From: Takakia lepidozioides
Lineage: Eukaryota; Plantae; Bryophyta
Direction: 5' to 3'
Assembly (NCBI GenBank): GCA_030704615.1
Contig: CM060733.1
Coordinates: forward strand, 72,292,001-72,356,000
Length of the DNA stretch: 64,000 nt
Shown here: one piece after another, positions 62,852-64,000 of the stretch
How positions within the stretch are numbered: the stretch's first letter is position 1
Layout: the number at the start of each line of letters is the position of its first letter
Translations under genes and position numbers: made by a program
The notes under the pieces: model-generated
The model's database searches: none
What the model was told of the DNA's origin: nothing
The model's input: the letters and a program-made list of their open reading frames with translations, nothing else

Positions 62852-64000
62852 AGATGGGTGCTGTAAGTTCCTGTGCAAATGGTTCACTCAGGAGAAGATC
62901 ATTTCCTTGTCAGGTTCTGTGATTTTAAAAGCTGTATGTGCTCCTAATGTGTTAGATACATGACATCCATGGCGGGCAAGACAATATTTTGCAGATGGAT
63001 ACTGTCTTTGGATAGTTGCCACATTGGCTAAGGATGACATTGATGCAGGGCAGACTATGCTTGCCAAGGAATTAGCAAACGTCTGAGAAATAGTTGAGTG
63101 GCAACACTACCCCTGGATTACATACCTTAGTGCCCTTGTGGCTAGAGTTCTGTGCACCGTGGGTGTGCTCAAATTAACAAAATCACTTTGTGTACTGCCC
63201 TGAGGCCATTATGCTGGGAAGCCATCTATGCAATTTTGGGGTGAAGAACACAAGAATTCCCTTTGTGCAGGTTGCTTTGAAGCTTTATGAGTAGTCATTT
63301 TTGGATCTCTCCACAATATCCATCTATGGTTCAGGGTCTGGATAAGTAAAAGTTGCTATCTTTATGAGGTTGTTTGAAGATGAGGCGTTCCTTGGCCTTT
63401 GCGCCACACAGGGTCTATTGCTACTGGGACAGCAGCGAGTTCCACTGTTGCCCTGTGTGGCAAACAGAGAAGATGTAGCAGATTAGTGAGTCCTGCCTTT
63501 GCAGTGAAATTGGCAATGCTTAAAAGTGATGGCCTCCCCAGCCTCCCTGAAAATGGAAGGGTTTCACAAATTTTTGGATCCTGGCGCGGTTGCCCATGTA
63601 GACTCCATAATACATCTCAAACAGGATTTAAGACAATACTTTACTTCGTGGTCCTACAAGGACCTAATATGAGGAAAAGAGAACGGAGATAGTAAACGCA
63701 GCAGCGCTTCTCTAGCCCACGAAACACAACGGACATTGGGCTGCAACTGTCTAAAAATCACTGCACCGTGCTAAAGAAGATACAGCGAGATTAGGGCTTC
63801 AGGGTTCCAACTTCTAACACTAGAGCGGCGTCTTGTGATTGCACGAATCGTCATCAGCTACTTTACGCACTCATTGTGCAATTGCTTCCTCTCGATGGAC
63901 ACTATCACAGTAGACCTACTCATCCCTCCCTCCCTCACCTCTTCCTCCCTTCTAGTCAGAGAAGGCCACTGCAGCTGATATTTTACAGACTAGAGCTGGG

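Overview
Eukaryotic, repeat-dense DNA, most consistent with a non-seed land plant (spliceosomal introns, DUF569 and plastid trigger-factor-like genes, a PLS-type PPR fragment). Two host genes look intact: DUF569 (21323-25157) and a 9-exon trigger-factor-like gene (53831-62851). The dominant feature is a large DNA transposon present in two inverted, decayed copies (about 1-16122 and about 39150-50607). Each copy has two head-to-head genes. One is a Mutator-type DDE transposase with a GCM-like N-terminal zinc finger and a C-terminal SWIM finger. The other is an intron-containing gene fusing a ParB/Srx-like domain (WDGNHRLLA) to a beta-class N6A/N4C DNA-methyltransferase-like domain. Between them lies an array of the palindrome GGAAATGCGG-NN-CCGCATTTCC, with a 53-bp period wherever I measured it, even though spacer sequences differ between copies. 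The same palindrome recurs in introns and in a second array with 53/63-bp spacing. This suggests (inference) a transposon-borne ParB/parS-like recognition and DNA-marking or anti-silencing system. The rest is LINE, Penelope-like, Ty3/gypsy, hAT and MITE debris plus further palindromic satellites, including a LINE family that inserted serially into one target site. All calls are by eye; no searches were run.
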